Shown here in pieces: positions 1 through 13,865 of a stretch of 64,000 bases of DNA. The notes beneath the pieces were generated by a model. The model was not told where the DNA came from. It did not search any database and saw only the letters and a program-made list of their open reading frames with translations. The position numbers were made by a program, and so were the translations under genes. The DNA comes from Gnetum montanum (taxonomy: Eukaryota; Plantae; Gnetophyta), in assembly GCA_015680685.1 (NCBI GenBank), contig MNCI01001083.1:177989-241988 (forward strand). The letters are read 5' to 3'. Numbering within the stretch: position 1 is the first letter of the stretch; every line of letters starts with the position of its first letter.

Positions 1-59
1 TAGGTAAGTTACAACAATTTTGGGTGGTTTAAACCATAAAAGAGATAAAAATGCTGCAT

Positions 60-312
60 CTGACATGTGTCCCATGTAATTGCCAAGTGTCTTCATTTAG
101 TTGCCAAGTGTCTTCATTGAGTTTCCAAGTGTCTTCATTCAGTCGCCAAGTGTTCGCCATGGAGAGAAACAAGTTGCAGTTGACACGTGTCCCATGTAGT
201 TGACAAGTGGCCTTTCAGTCGCCAAGTGTCTTCGTTTAGTTGACAAGTGACCATTTTGGAGACAAAAAGGCTATAGTTGACAAGTGGCCTTGGTGGTGGT
301 TATAACCACCAC
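60..312. repeat. Degenerate short tandem repeats (~21-bp unit, GCCAAGTGTCTTCATTnAGTT-like) ending in a perfect 20-bp palindrome; possible DNA-transposon subterminal region
   Basis: About 10 copies of (gc/ga)caagtg between 60 and 290; GTGGTGGTTATAACCACCAC at 293-312 is its own reverse complement. Confidence 0.6.
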
Positions 313-626
313 TTCAATTGAAAGGCTACAATTGTCATGAAATTACAACATTTACAAGAAATATAAAATGAAGCCAAGTATCTAGTGCCTATATTTACCA
401 TAGGTTTAAATATTTATAGGTGAAATCTTCTATATGATTAAGTTCTGTCACATCACTCTTTATAGTTCTTTCCAAATCTTGATCTCCTTCAAAATTTTTA
501 TTACAAGAACTTTCAATTCCTGAATTTTCAATCAAATCAAGATCTCCATTAGTATTTCTGGTTTTTGTGTGGAATGTAGCTTCAATTAATCGGTATATCA
601 ATTCTCCCAGATTACTTTCCATCAAT

Positions 627-751
627 AGGATCATCTATTTTATCCAAATCAACGGTGCCTTCGTAGGATAATGGATGGAATAAATTATCTGCACACAAGA
701 CATCCTTATTTGAAGAAAATCGGAAGGTAGGGTAAAGAACTTTGGAATCAA
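627..751 (-). pseudogene. Two fused fragments of a BEACH-domain gene
   Basis: Minus strand gives LIPKFFTLPSDFL (713-751; cf. BEACH ELIPEFF.LP.FL) and, in another frame, ADNLFHPLSYEGTVDLDKIDDP (627-692; cf. BEACH NVFHPLTYEG.VDLD.I.DP). The BEACH segment normally between them is absent. Confidence 0.75.
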
Positions 752-1339
752 CGGCGTTATTCGGAACATGATCCCATAATTTACTTCCTGCCTACCACCG
801 TAAAACAAGGCCCTGCCACGTTGTACCACATATGCATTTGGTTCATAAGCCTCAGCAGAAAAAAAACACAGAAAGGATTATCTCCTTGTCTTCACTCCTG
901 GCCACAGTGTAGATCTCGTCCTCCATCCACGCACCGCGGCCAATGTCTCATCCGCCCGTCACTCGCCATCTGTCCTATTGTTTCTGGAGCATGCACAGGC
1001 GCTCTCACTAGTGCTCACGGCGCAATGGCTCATGCGCAAGACGGTGCTCAGACTGGTGCACACGAAGACGGCAACGACAGAGACCAGAACAACTCCCGTA
1101 GCGGCGCTCACGGTCGTTGCAGTGACAGCGGCAGCAGCAAGATGATCTTCACCGCAAGTGCCCATCAATAAGGGTTTTAAGGGTTTGCAGGCAGTGGATT
1201 TGCCTTTCCCTATAACTGTTATTGAATTGAACAAGGTTGTAGAGAGGGTTTCAAAAAATTCCGGAGAAAATATTCGAAGAGAGGAAGCCATCATATCCAG
1301 CTTCTCCATAGGCAATTTCAAAATGTTTCCTTCCACCCT

Positions 1340-1690
1340 TAGCTCTGAGGAATATATGTCCACAGGAACAGAAATGCAATTCAAACCGCAGTTATTCTTC
1401 CTAGATAATTTTGAATGATGGTCCAAGTAAACCACAATAACTGTAATGTCATCATGGAAATGGCGTTGAATGCCTTTCTCAATCTCTCTAAGGTCTGAAT
1501 ATCTCATTTCCCACTTCCTTGCTGCACGTTCGAGAGCAGCTCTAACCAACCTTTTTGCGATACCCATTCGTGGATTATTGTGCACAATGTCAACTGCCTG
1601 ATCATCTGAAAGTTGCTCCCATAAGCCATCCGATGCGAATATAAGAAATCTGTCCTGAGGTCTAAGCTCCCTCACATGTATAGATGGTTC
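1340..1690 (-). pseudogene. C-terminal fragment of a clade-D protein phosphatase 2C, intronless, fused to unrelated sequence
   Basis: [90 protein letters not shown] contains the ASDGLWE and [11 protein letters not shown] motifs of PP2C.D. There is no N-terminal part upstream of 1690. Confidence 0.9.
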
Positions 1691-2169
1691 CAGTGATTCC
1701 GAGAAAACCAGGTTCCTCCTATCGGTGTCCCCTCAGTGCCACGACCCTTAATTTCCTTGATTTTGCGTGCTTTTGTGCTCTAGTTTATTGTATAGCATAC
1801 TCCCATGGATAGGCCTTTTTTTAAATGATAATTTAAGGTTTCGTTTTTGTCTGAATGCCAACAAGGAATGAAATCCCATGGAATGGTAAGATTTTTGCAT
1901 ATGGACAACATGGTCCTTGGAAGGAGGCTCTACAACCTTTGTGGATTGGTTGGTTCAAGGATGCAAGTCGGACAAGGCCTCTAAGATTTTGGGACATTCA
2001 ACCATGCCTTTGTGGATGTGAACCAATTAGCAAAAGCTTGTCTTAATCAACATGGTAGACTTCAAGGTGAAGAAACAAAATCTCAACAATCTCTTTTAAA
2101 TTTTTCAAAAATCACCATAACCTTATAAAGCCTGCTCCATTAAATGGCCAAAATGTGCCAACACTAACG

Positions 2170-4215
2170 AATAATAAGAAGGTGGTAGAAGAAAAAGAGA
2201 AGGCTATTTGGGATGCCTCTACAACACAGGTGCAAACTCATGTGCATAGCAAGGCACTCAAAGCCTTACAAGAGCAAAACAAGCATCTTGTTACTGAAAA
2301 CCTTTGGTTGACTTTTGTGGAGAAGCAAAAGAATGTTTTCAAATAACACTTTCATCAGTTGTGAGAAAAATTCATCCAGGTCAACCAAGACATGAGCTAT
2401 TTAGCCAAGGATAATTGAATCCTCTCAATGGAGGAGGTACACATCATTTTCCAAAAGACAGCTATCAAAATAACTACATGATAAAATGAGGCTAAATGGC
2501 ATGAAAATTTAAAGAAGCACTTCCAGGACCAAGTGGGGATGTACAAAAAAATCCTTGAGAAGGAGATCTATATGGCCAAGGCCCACATCAATGCTATCTG
2601 TGCTCAACACACTAACTGGCAAGCCATATTGGACACATATGCCTTTGCCCACCAGGTGGAAGTTAAGAACCGAGACTTGCAAATCTAGGATCTTATAGAA
2701 TACATGGAGTTGGCAAACCTACAATATGCCAACCTTGCCATGTTAACAGCAAGGCATCCAAGAATAGAGCTTGAACAATAGGTAGCTACCACCTATAGCA
2801 AATATTAAACAGAATTTGTAGAACTCATGAAGATATTGCAAAAACTAGAGATTGCAAATTTTGAACTTGAGGTGGTGAAGGCAAGCTACCATGGACAAAA
2901 AGGTGTCACAACAGATTTGGCTTGACAGCTTGTGGATTTTCAAGAATATAAAGACAAAGCTAGAGCCTATGAGGAGGAACGACAGGTGTTTACAGCTTGG
3001 TAGGTCAAGGCAAATCAAATGTTTCCGCAACTACCCTACCCATAGGAGGTGCCAACTCCATCAAACATCAGAAAATTAGCATAGATGACACAAGATCCCT
3101 AGACCGAAGAGGAGAAACTCTAGGCCATACTTCAATGCCATCAAGTCCGAAGACTTGGAGCACAAGACAAGGGGAAAGCACCTATGGAGGAGCTACCGCC
3201 ACCAAGAACTACATGAGTTCCATCAATTTTGTAGCTATAGGATTTCCTTTTGCGTTCCTTGTGTTGTGTCTAAATTTTGTTTTGATTCCACACTGCAGTA
3301 TAAACCCATTCTTACCATTCAATAATCCCGTACCTATCCACTGTGTAATCAATGGAGCTTGTTCTCACTGTAACTCGAGGACAAGTTTTCATTTAGTCAT
3401 GGGGGTGTGATGAATCGTCATTTTAGTTAATCGTGATATCGCGTATGTGATCTCGCATACGTAATATCACAGCCTATCTCCTCATCTATAAATAAGAGGT
3501 AGATAGTTCTGATAGGCATTTTTTTCAATTCTTAGTTTAAATGTTAAGTTTTATGTAGTTCTTCTCTTAACCCTTCTCTCCTAGTGTATGTCCACAGTTT
3601 GGTGATTGTAATTGTACGACATTCCTATTCAAGTATGACGTACTTGGACATGCACATCACCAGAAATAAAGGTCGAGATTACTTCATCATTGCAGAATTC
3701 ACTTAGCTTAATTATTTATTTAATTGTTATTCACTGCTTTCTTATATTAATATCTTCTTACCCTGGACTCCTGTTAAAGGTGGAATGAGTACGACTTGAT
3801 CACGAGCATTTAAGTGTGACTACTTGGTAACCCAATAGCATACCTAGGATCTATGCTTGGTAAGCCTAGTGGTAGTCGTGCACGAAGTCCAAGATGTGTA
3901 TGGATAATTAAGGAATGGATACTCATCGCACTTAGGCTAGCTTAGACTCTCTCTCACCCTTTCTCTCTTACCTTAGTTAATATTACCTTCCATTACACTC
4001 AGTAGTAGCATTAGCATAGGAACACATCATACACCTCACTCTAGACTAAACCATACGTGACAAGTTAACACTAGTCTAGATGGGAATACAGTGAACTACG
4101 ACCTAAGGATAACTATCTAGATACCACAACTATTCTGTCTATGAAGTTCGATCGGATCATGCGTGAAACACTCGTATTCGTATGGTTGAGTGTAAGGGTA
4201 CCTCACCACTCATCA
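2170..4215 (+). mobile_element. 3' fragment of an Athila-like Gypsy element (decayed coiled-coil ORF2 end, PPT, 3' LTR)
   Basis: 2170-3240 aligns with the reverse complement of ~6960-8030; PPT ATGGGGGTG at ~3399-3407; the LTR follows. Confidence 0.85.
3408..4215 (+). repeat. LTR (~0.8 kb) of the Athila-like family
   Basis: Termini TGATGA...TCATCA; reverse complement of the LTRs at 5948-6782 and 13866-14706. Confidence 0.9.
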
Positions 4216-5947
4216 GAAAGGTAAAGCAAAAATTGTAGAACATGAAGGTCACCAATAGGATCAATAGATGAAAAACCTAAAGGTTCATGGATCTATGATC
4301 TAAGCTTAAGATGTAATGAGGAACTAACGAACATACACTCTCTTAAATTCTAATACTAATGAATATATGATGCTACAATTATATAGGTCTTGATCTCCCA
4401 AGAATAGATTTGAAGAGATAATCATAAATCTAGGAAATCATGGGGATGATCTTTATCATCTCATTTAGGATTAACTCATCATAGGATTAGATATGAATTA
4501 TATGAATAGGATCTAATCATATTTAATATAGATTCATGGAAGAGATCAATCTAATTATTTTGTGGAACATATAATTATTATATTCCATAAACCACCTTCC
4601 CCATCCATCCTCTCAACCACCCCCCCTNNNNNNNNNNNNNNNNNNNNNNNNNNNNNNNNNNNNNNNNNNNNNNNNNNNNNNNNNNNNNNNNNNNNNNNNN
4701 NNNNNNNNNNNNNNNNNNNNNNNNNNNNNNNNNNNNNNNNNNNNNNNNNNNNNNNNNNNNNGAGGTTCCTCTACAAGGAAATTTATGAAATATTCAAACT
4801 TCTCACAAATTAGAATGTTGGTAAAAATATATACCATTTATACCTTATTTCCATAATTCTCAATGATGAGTGTGTTATCTTGGATTAAGCTTATGAGATG
4901 ACGATGCTTGATATCTATGTGTTAGGAACATCCATTATGGACAAGATTATGAGCCATTGAAATAATACTTATGCTATCAAAGCATAAACAAATGAGAGTT
5001 TTAAGTATATATCACATTTTAGTGAAAATGGAGGAGATCCATATGGCCTAAGTAGTAGTGTTTGATGTGGTTATGTATTCTACTTCTACTAATAAGAATA
5101 TGACTATAGTTTGCTTCTTTGATCCCTAAGAGATAGTTGATTAACCAAAGAAAAAATAAAAACTAGAAGTTAATTTACAATCTTCAAGGTCACCTACCTA
5201 GTCTCCATCAATGTATCCCCATATGTCAATGAAATGTTATTCCATAATCTATTGTAGTTATTAGATATTATAGAACTTGCTTCATAGATTTTTAGCATGA
5301 TTTATATAAATATTTTATGAACTAGAAGAGATAATTTATAGCAAATTAGATGTTTGGATAGGTATTAGAAAGATACATAATACTAACAATAAGGGAATGG
5401 TATAATGAAGGATTGAAGGATGGGGATGTATCTTCCTTCATAAGTTTTGTTTCAAAGAAGAGTGGTGTTTGTGAGGAATTACAATTACTCATGCCAAATT
5501 TCTCAATTAAGGACTACATAAATTTCATTTGGCATATGGAAATTCATTTTGTTCTTTGTATACATTAAAATCCAAAAAAAATATGACATGTTTCCCATAT
5601 TAGACATTTCAAATTCATTTTTCATGGCATTAAGAAAGTTATCTTCCAATGCAGTTGTAGATGAGAAATAGATTAAATCATCTAGTTATAAACAAACAAA
5701 TATGTAATCATCATCGAATACCTTTTTATAAATTATAATTTATCATTGAAGATTGGTAAATCTTGCTTACATAAAAATATATGAATTCAGAAATACTTAG
5801 CATGTGGATCTTGCTTAAGCCCATATAACGCTTTATGGAGCTTGTAGACATAAGTTTTCTTTTCTTCATCAATGAAACCTAGTGTTTTCTTAAAATATAC
5901 CTCTTCATTAGGAATTCCATTAACAAAGGTAGATGCCATATCTAGTT

Positions 5948-6782
5948 TGATAAGTGGAGAGGTAACCCTACACTCAATCATATGAATACGAGCATTCACG
6001 CACGATCTAGTCAAACTTTGCAGATATATTAGTTGTGGTATTTGGATTGTTACTCATTGATCGCAGTTCTCTATCTTCCCACCTGGACCAGTATTTGCTT
6101 TTTCATGTATGGTTTAGTCCAAAGTGAGGTGTATGATGTGGTTCTAACTAGTGCTACTCTTAGAGGCGATGGAAAATAACTTTGTTTTAAGCTAAGAGGG
6201 AAAGGGTGAAGAGAGTCTAAGCTAGCCTAAGTGTGATGAGAATCTTTCCCTTAATCATCCGTACACATCTTGGACCTCATGACTACCACTGGGATTTCCA
6301 AGTGTATGGCCTAGGTAGACTACTGGGATATCAAGTAGTCACACTTGAATGCTCATGATCAATTCGTACTCATTCCATGTTTAAGGAGTTTCAGGTGAAG
6401 AGATATTAACTATGAAATCAATAAATAACAATAAAAATTAAATAATTAAACTAAGTAAATGCTACAATGATGAAGTAATCTCAATCTTTATTTTTAGTCA
6501 TGTGCATGTCCAAGTACATCACACTCAAATAAAGATTCCATACAATTACAATCATCACACTGTGGGCATGCACTAGGGGAAAGGGTTGAGAAGAACTAAA
6601 AATGAACTAACTTCTATCTACTAATTGAGAAAAAACTCCCTGACTCCTTGTGCCTACATGTGTATGTATAGACCTTCATAGAAGTCACGATATCATGTAT
6701 CTAATGTCGCTTCTTAGGTCGCGATATCATGTACCTAATATCGGGGGTCCAATATCAAAGCCTATTGAATCATGATTCATCA
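5948..6782 (-). repeat. 3' LTR of the Athila-like element
   Basis: Near-colinear with 13866-14706; adjacent to the PPT (TACCCCCATC on the + strand from 6783). Confidence 0.93.
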
Positions 6783-6959
6783 TACCCCCATCACTGAATG
6801 AAAACTCGTCCTCGAGTCAAACAAAATGAGAACAAGCCACATTGATTACATAGTGGATAGGTATGGGATTATTGATTAACTAGGAATTTATTCATGCCAC
6901 AGTGGAGAATTGAATACAACAAATTGGGACATGGACACAAAAATTACAAAATCACAAAA

Positions 6960-9768
6960 TTACAAAATTTTGTGGAACTCATGTTGTTCCAGGTGGTTGT
7001 GGCTCCTTCATGGGATGCTTCCCCTTGTCTTGTGCTTCAAATTTTGGAATTTTATGGCTTTGCAATAGTGCTTGGAGATTTTCCTCTTCAGTTCGGGGAT
7101 CCTATGTCATCCATGCTAATGCACCAATGTTTGATAGAGTCGACACATCCTATGGACATGGTAATTGTGAGAACATTTGATTTGCTTTAACATACTAGGC
7201 TACAAACAAACATCATTCCTCCTTGTAGGTTCTAGCTTTGTCCTTGTTCCTCTAGAAATCTATAAGCCATCAAGCCAAGTCTGTTGTGACATCTTTCTAC
7301 CCTTGGTAGCTGGCCTTAACCACCTCTAGTTCAAAATTTCTAACTTCTAGCTTCTGCAACATTTTCTTATGCTCTATAAATTTTGCTTCATATTTGGCAT
7401 AGGTGATAGCTACCTACTTCTCAAGCTTTATTCTTGGATGTCTTGCTATCAACATGGCTAGATTGGCATACTGCAGGTTTGCCAATTCCATGTACTCTGT
7501 GAGATCTTGAATCTGCAGGTCCCAGCTTTTAAGCTCTACTTGGTAGAAAAATGCATATGTGTCCAATATGGCCTGCCAATTAGTATGTTAAGTACTAAAA
7601 ATGTTGATGTGGGCTTTGGCCATATGGATCTCCTTCTTGATGACTTTCTTGTACATCCCCACCTAGTCTCTGAAATGCTCTTTTAACTTTTCATGCTACT
7701 TGGCCTTGTTTTGTCATGTGCTTATTTCAATGGCCATCTTCTAACAGATTGAATGTACCTCCTCCATTAAGAGGGTTTGATTCTCTCTGGCCAAATGGTT
7801 CATGTCTTGGTTTACCCTGACCAACTGTTCTTGTAACTACTGAAAATTCTCTTCAAGAACATTCTTCTATTTCTCCACAGTGGTCAACCAAAGATTATCA
7901 ATAATGAGTTGTTTATTCTCTTCTTGTAAGGCTCTAAGTGCCTTGGCATGTGCATAGGTTTGCGCTTGTGCCTTCGAGGCATCCTAGTTAGCCTTCTCCT
8001 TCTCCTCTACCACTCTTGTATTATCTTCCAGTAGCTTATTGAGTTGCTCCATCCTAAAAGTGTCTAGCTAGTCTATGGGAACAAATTGAGATGGGACACA
8101 CTGTGCAGCTTGTAGGGTAACAAGCCTCTCTTGGAGTCTTGCTAACTCTGCTTCCATGTGCTTAGCCCTAGTCTTTGCCATGACTAGCTTCCCTTTGGTG
8201 GAGATGAGTTCTGATTGCGCTACCGTGACATCTTGTGCGATGTTGAACAAGGACGTCATTACTTGTCCTATTTGTAGCAATAGATCAAGGACATCCTCAT
8301 GCTGCACAAGAGTCATTGAGGGACTAGCTAGAGTTTGAGCATCCCATGCTTCTATGAAAACTGCTGATGGCATAATAGGAACATTGAAAGATTCTTTGAT
8401 GTTGTCTATGACCACTTCTGTAGCTCCCACTACATCTTGGTGCTACATGACCACTACTATGGCCCCTTCACCCATTTCCAATTGCACCTAGAAAGATGTA
8501 GTATTCCCTGAAATATATTATGACCAATGGATCTCCCCTCCTCCCGTTTGGATGGACACATCACCCTGTGCATGATCAATAGAAACTATGGGTTGTATGG
8601 TGTCATCGATGATGTGGAAGAGATTAACATCATCATGACTTACCCAATTGACCATCTCAGCAATGGCCTTGAGATGGCTCATCGACGGTCGATAACCCTA
8701 CAGCAGTGGTGGTAGTTGATCTCACTGGCTCATGATAGGCCGTGCTTCTTGTTGACTAGGCCTTGTGCTTGGGCATTGGCTAGGCCCTATAGTTTGAGTT
8801 GTAGTGGGCCCCACTGTCTGTTCTTACCTTGGCTTCAGTGTCTCACTAGCACTTTTCCTTAGGGCTAGGGACATCAACAGTTTTGTGAACGAAGAATTTT
8901 GGGCTCTTCTGGGAACATCATTGCTGTACCCCAGAATACCAACATATTTGCACAGCTTCCTAATGAGATGAGGGAAGGGCTACGTGAACTTCTCTATCTT
9001 GCATTCTTCAAACCACCTTAAGAGATCCATGAAATACAAATGAGAAAGGATAGCATTAAACCTTCCCATCAATATCACACTTCCTCTTGCCGCATATGTT
9101 GAAATTTTGTTTAATCCTCTTGTGGGGAAGATGTGATAAGTACCAATCTTCAAGTATATCCTTTCTTCTAGCATCAAATCTCCATATGTCTTATCTTCTT
9201 TGTTGTATGTCCTCTTCAACCAAATCTTTTGCACATTAGCATCAGAGCGAGTGGGTAGGTGAACAACTTTTGGCACTATATTTGAAAGGTTTAACACTTC
9301 TGAAATGGCCTTGGTGAAAAAATCAATAGATACACCACCAATGTCAATTGTGGTGCCTTCTTCCTTATTGTGCCAAAATTGGTACATTTCTCCTAAGTAC
9401 TAGGCACCACTTTCAAAGAGGATAGGCCCTAATGGGGACCCTTTGAGTTGGCCCCTAATAGCCTCAAGAGTGAATTAAGTGAAAGGTCCAAAGTTTAATT
9501 CCACAATCATAGCTACTAACATGGGCCTTTCTTGGATAGCCTGGACACACTCTGAGGACAACGTGAGGTGTCTTCCCTATTCAAGTACTTCAGCAGCTCC
9601 TCCTTCTTCCTATCCCAACTACATAGTAGTAGGAGTCTCTTGGTGTATGCTAAATGATTACGCCTTCTACTTTGCATGTCTCTTAGGAGTTGCTTTTCCT
9701 ATGCCTCTGCTAAGTCATTTGGACACACCTTGAGAACGTCCTTCTTATTGTCCATGTTTAGGGGCCAT
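6960..9768 (-). pseudogene. Decayed accessory ORF2 (env-like position; N-terminal plant-transposon/PMD-like domain, C-terminal coiled coil)
   Basis: Starts MAPK directly after a TTGCAG acceptor; MYQFWHNKEEGTTIDIGGVSIDFFTKAISEVLNL segment; heptad-rich ends (AQSELISTKGKLVMAKTRAKHMEAELARLQERL); many C>T stops. Confidence 0.7.
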
Positions 9769-12700
9769 CTGCAATCACACAGGGGTGACCATTAGTAAGG
9801 TTGTTTAAAAAATTTAAATTATACCTTACTTCTACCTTAATGAATTCATTTCTTATTTCATGTGATTCAGAGTTAGAAAATTTTGTGGTAATGTCCCCTA
9901 AAAATTTTAATATTGGGTCCCATTTGATTAGGTGGCTTCAAAATTTTAATTTCTTGGTATAGGTAGGGAGATGAGATTGTTTTTGGCAACATGTTTATTA
10001 TTTTTATAATCAATTACCCTTTATAGTATCCTTTGGATGATGATGAATTTTGAAAAATTTATACACAATTTGGAGTGTACCCCACCCCCACAACTACGCT
10101 TAACAATCTGGGTTCAGGTAGGTTCGAACAGAATGAAAATCATAGCATTAGTGAGCAAGTTATGGCGAGTAGACCAAGAGGTGCACGAGTCGTAATTTGT
10201 AGAAGAAAATTTAAAAAACTCCCCCCACATGAATAGTTGAGAATGATGTTGACATGTGTGGGGGCGAGGCAGCGAGGGGTGGTCCATATATATAGTTTTT
10301 GAGGATGAAATATCGTGTACATGATAATGCGACCCTCATATCACATATGACCCGATATCTGGGACCCAATATCACGACCCAACAAAAATAGGGTACTTAA
10401 AAAAATTGATAAATTTCTGAAATTCTAAACTCAAAAATGAAGGACTTGAGGTTTGTGTAAAAGGTTCAGGGTAATATTAAATAGTCCAGAAGGCACAAAA
10501 AATATAATGGTGTAGAATCTGGTAATGAAATGCATGAACTGAATGAGGAGAAAGGACATGTTTCAATACATAGGAACATTTGAACTAGAAGGATGATGAG
10601 GGAAAGAGTATTGTAATACTTGGAGGATATAAAATTATATGATGGTGATGTGTTACAAGTGAAAATTACAAAATTCATGCAAGTGGATCCTCCCCAAAGC
10701 AGGTTCCAACCTATAATGTGCTTATGTAACCACACCTCAAAATGTCCATAGGCACTACAAAGGTTAAATGTAATCCAAACTAGTTCCACAAAACACACAC
10801 ATGTAGATACCATCGTGATGAGGTATGAATTCAATGCTACATAAGACACAAGTCACAATTACAAGATTAGTGAGGTGAGGCAAATTATAGAAGGGATTAC
10901 AGAGATTGGGACGTGAGGTAACTAGCCTAGGGCACAATGAATCCTCAGTGTAAGGCATGATTAATGTGTCATTAACCTATCGCTCAAAAATTAGGACCTA
11001 GTCTATTCCTCTGATCAGTGACATCGCATTGTTTCATCTTAATGATAGACAACAATGAGAGCATCATGATGGTATGGTGTATGATCACTTGGCGTTTTGT
11101 ACAAGGGAGGAGTGATTCTTGCTTTGTGGCACTCTTTTTATTTTTTATATCTAAAATTCTTAATCCAGAGAAGCTGCTTACCTTTAGGCATGGGTACATG
11201 TGTTTCTAGTGTGACCCCCTAGAATAGCATTAGGTTTCTTTATTAAGTGCCTTTTTATTACTCTTACTCCCATTTTTTGTTAGATCAACAAGGATCTTAG
11301 TACAACTAGGCTACATGATAACTCCCACGAATGTCACCAAAGAGAATCCACAAAGTCCCCTTGATGTCACATCCTAGCCATTTCTACTTAGTCCATCCTT
11401 CTTCATGCTAGGTATAATGAACATAAGATTACTTTAATTTTTAATGATTAGGAATATCATTGTACCTATGGTAGAACCTCTTATTAATAGAATGGGTGGA
11501 TGGATGTTGTGGACTCACTATTCAAATAATTAGTTACCTGAGACTTGATAGCATAGAACAACACCTCAACCAATGAGTCACATGAGTTTTTTATTCGTAG
11601 ATGAGATTACTCATAAAAAGACAAAAAGAAAAAAAGACAAAACAATAAATTGAAACATGAAAAACTAGAAAACAAAAAATTGTAAAATTAAAGAAAACGA
11701 AAACATTTATTAATTCTACTATTTTTAGAATGGGGGATACCCTCCATAACTAAATGGTTGAGCATGGCTAGAATTAATAAATGGAAGGTTGGGATCCTTG
11801 CATGTTGGAAATATTGGGACCTAGTCATACTTAACCCCATTAGGGTTCACACACTTGATTAGAGTTGACAGAGTGGGCTAAGTTATAAGATGTGGTTAAT
11901 TTATAAGGAGTTGACACACTATGGTACTTGTGACCATAAGATGGTATGCAAGGATCAACATGTCTCCCCATGTGGCCATATTCATTGGGCCCCATGGTTG
12001 TTGGAGTATTGAGTGGTGGCCCTGATAAGGTAACATGAGGCATTGGGTTTGAAGAGGAATATGCACCACAGTGTTAGACTTGTGTTGAGTTAGTGGATGT
12101 AGTGGTTTTTGAACTATGATGTCCCTTTCTATGGTCATGTTTAAAGAAGGGATGTCTTTGATGTTGTAGAGGGTTCCCACTATTGTTGACAGTAGAAGAA
12201 CAAGTAGTGTTCGTGGGTTGATGTTGTGGTGAAAATCCTTTGAGTACAATTGGTGGCAATGTAGAAGGAGGTGAAGGATGAAAATGTTGTAATTGAGGAG
12301 AAGTGTAAGGTACCCAAGGTGGTGGTCCTGTTGGTGAGGATACGAGTTGATAGTATTGAGGAGAATAATAATAATGTGGCGAGATAGAGGATGTTGACCC
12401 AATTGGGGAAACAGAATGTTGAACTTGATAAGCACTTAGGTTTGGATGGTATGAAGGGTGTAATCAATTTGGGGATGGCCTCCCCCATGACTAGGATTGT
12501 TGCCACTGTGATTAAACACAGTATTTTTGCATGAACTCTGGATGTAACATTCTTTCCCAATGCTCATGTAAATGTGAAAAGATTGGGCATTGGCCCTTGG
12601 GATGATCGTACAGGAAAATGTTACATTAATATGTAAGATTGGTAGTTAAGTTCTTATTCTCTTCAACCCTTCTTTCTGATTGTCTTAAGGTGTTTTTTCT

Positions 12701-12899
12701 TGTTTCTTCGATTGTCATAATTCTACCTCTAATAGCATTGGCATATTATCCACATTTTTCATGCATCCATTTCATCATCTTATTGATATTTACCTCAATT
12801 TCATCTAATGATTGTAGTATTGGCAAAGATGATTCCTCCTCCTTGGGGTGAGTTGATTTCTCCTCTTCATAATCATGGGCCCTTGTTCATTTTTGGGCC

Positions 12900-13717
12900 T
12901 ATTGAGATTTTTCAGCATTCTCCCATTTAGCTATTTCTCCTTCTTCTTTTGCTACCCACTTGAGAAGCTCTTGGAATTGATGGGTTCATAGCTCATATAG
13001 TTGACCTTAGGTGTACATCCCTAGGATCTCCCTTATTTCTTTGCAGAGCCCATCCATGATTTAATACATTAGCCTTTCCTCAGAGAACCCATGGCCTGGG
13101 CAGTTGTTTAACAATGCATAATATCTTTCTAAGGCCATGACTAAGGGTTCATGTTGCACTTGTTTCCACTCTTGGATTTTTCTCCTCAAGGTTGACACTC
13201 TTGCATAAGTTTGATATCTTTCGTTGAAGAGTTCTACCATTGTTGGCCAATGTTAGATTGATTTTGGTTTTAAGGACCTATACCATACTTTTGCGTGGCC
13301 AATGAGTGTCATAGGAAAGAGCTTAAGTTTTTTCCGTCCATTATCAATGGTGTTCCATGCACAGGCATCGTAGAAGGCTTGTAAATGTTGCTGCAAATCT
13401 AATTCATAGCCTCCTAAAAATTTGGGAAAGTTGTTTAAATCAAGCCTAGGTAGACAACTTTCCTTGTGATGCCTATGGGATATTTGAACAGCCTCTTGTA
13501 TTTGTGTTAAGCTTGTAGTCACCAGTAGGGGTTCATCGTCACTAGGTATGTTATGCATTTGTGAGTTGGGACAATGTTTTTTGCATTTATGCTCATAGGA
13601 GACCCCTACATTAGATTGGGTACTCCAAACTTCATCTTCATCATTATATAATTCTTTGGTTATCCAATGAATTGCCTTACTAGTTGTTGCATTATCATGG
13701 TCTTGTGATAGAGACAT
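12900..13717 (-). pseudogene. gag: Retrotransposon gag (Athila type)
   Basis: FPKFLGGYELDLQQHLQAFYDAC...KLKLFPMTLIGHAKVWYRSLKPKSI followed by ...LLNNCPGHGF (cf. Athila CPHHGF). Confidence 0.88.
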
Positions 13718-13846
13718 GGTTGTAAATTTGTGTGTGATTTAATTACAATTATTATTATTATTTGTTCTTTTTTCCTGAAAGATATATCATTAATACTTTG
13801 TTACAGTGATCTTGTATGATGTAACTAATCTAAATAACTAGCACCA

Positions 13847-13864
13847 TCCCTAGCAATGGCACCA
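13847..13864 (-). promoter_or_regulatory. Primer-binding site, tRNA-Asp type
   Basis: TGGTGCCATTGCTAGGGA, 1 nt inside the 5' LTR, is the Athila PBS TGGCGCCGTTGCCGGGGA with four transitions. Confidence 0.88.
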
Positions 13865-13865
13865 A

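Noticed and set aside
395-634. Plastid accD fragment (FTYKYLNLW resembles QKYRHLW)
   Set aside because: No following CxxC or continuation of similarity; adjacent sequence is better explained as BEACH.
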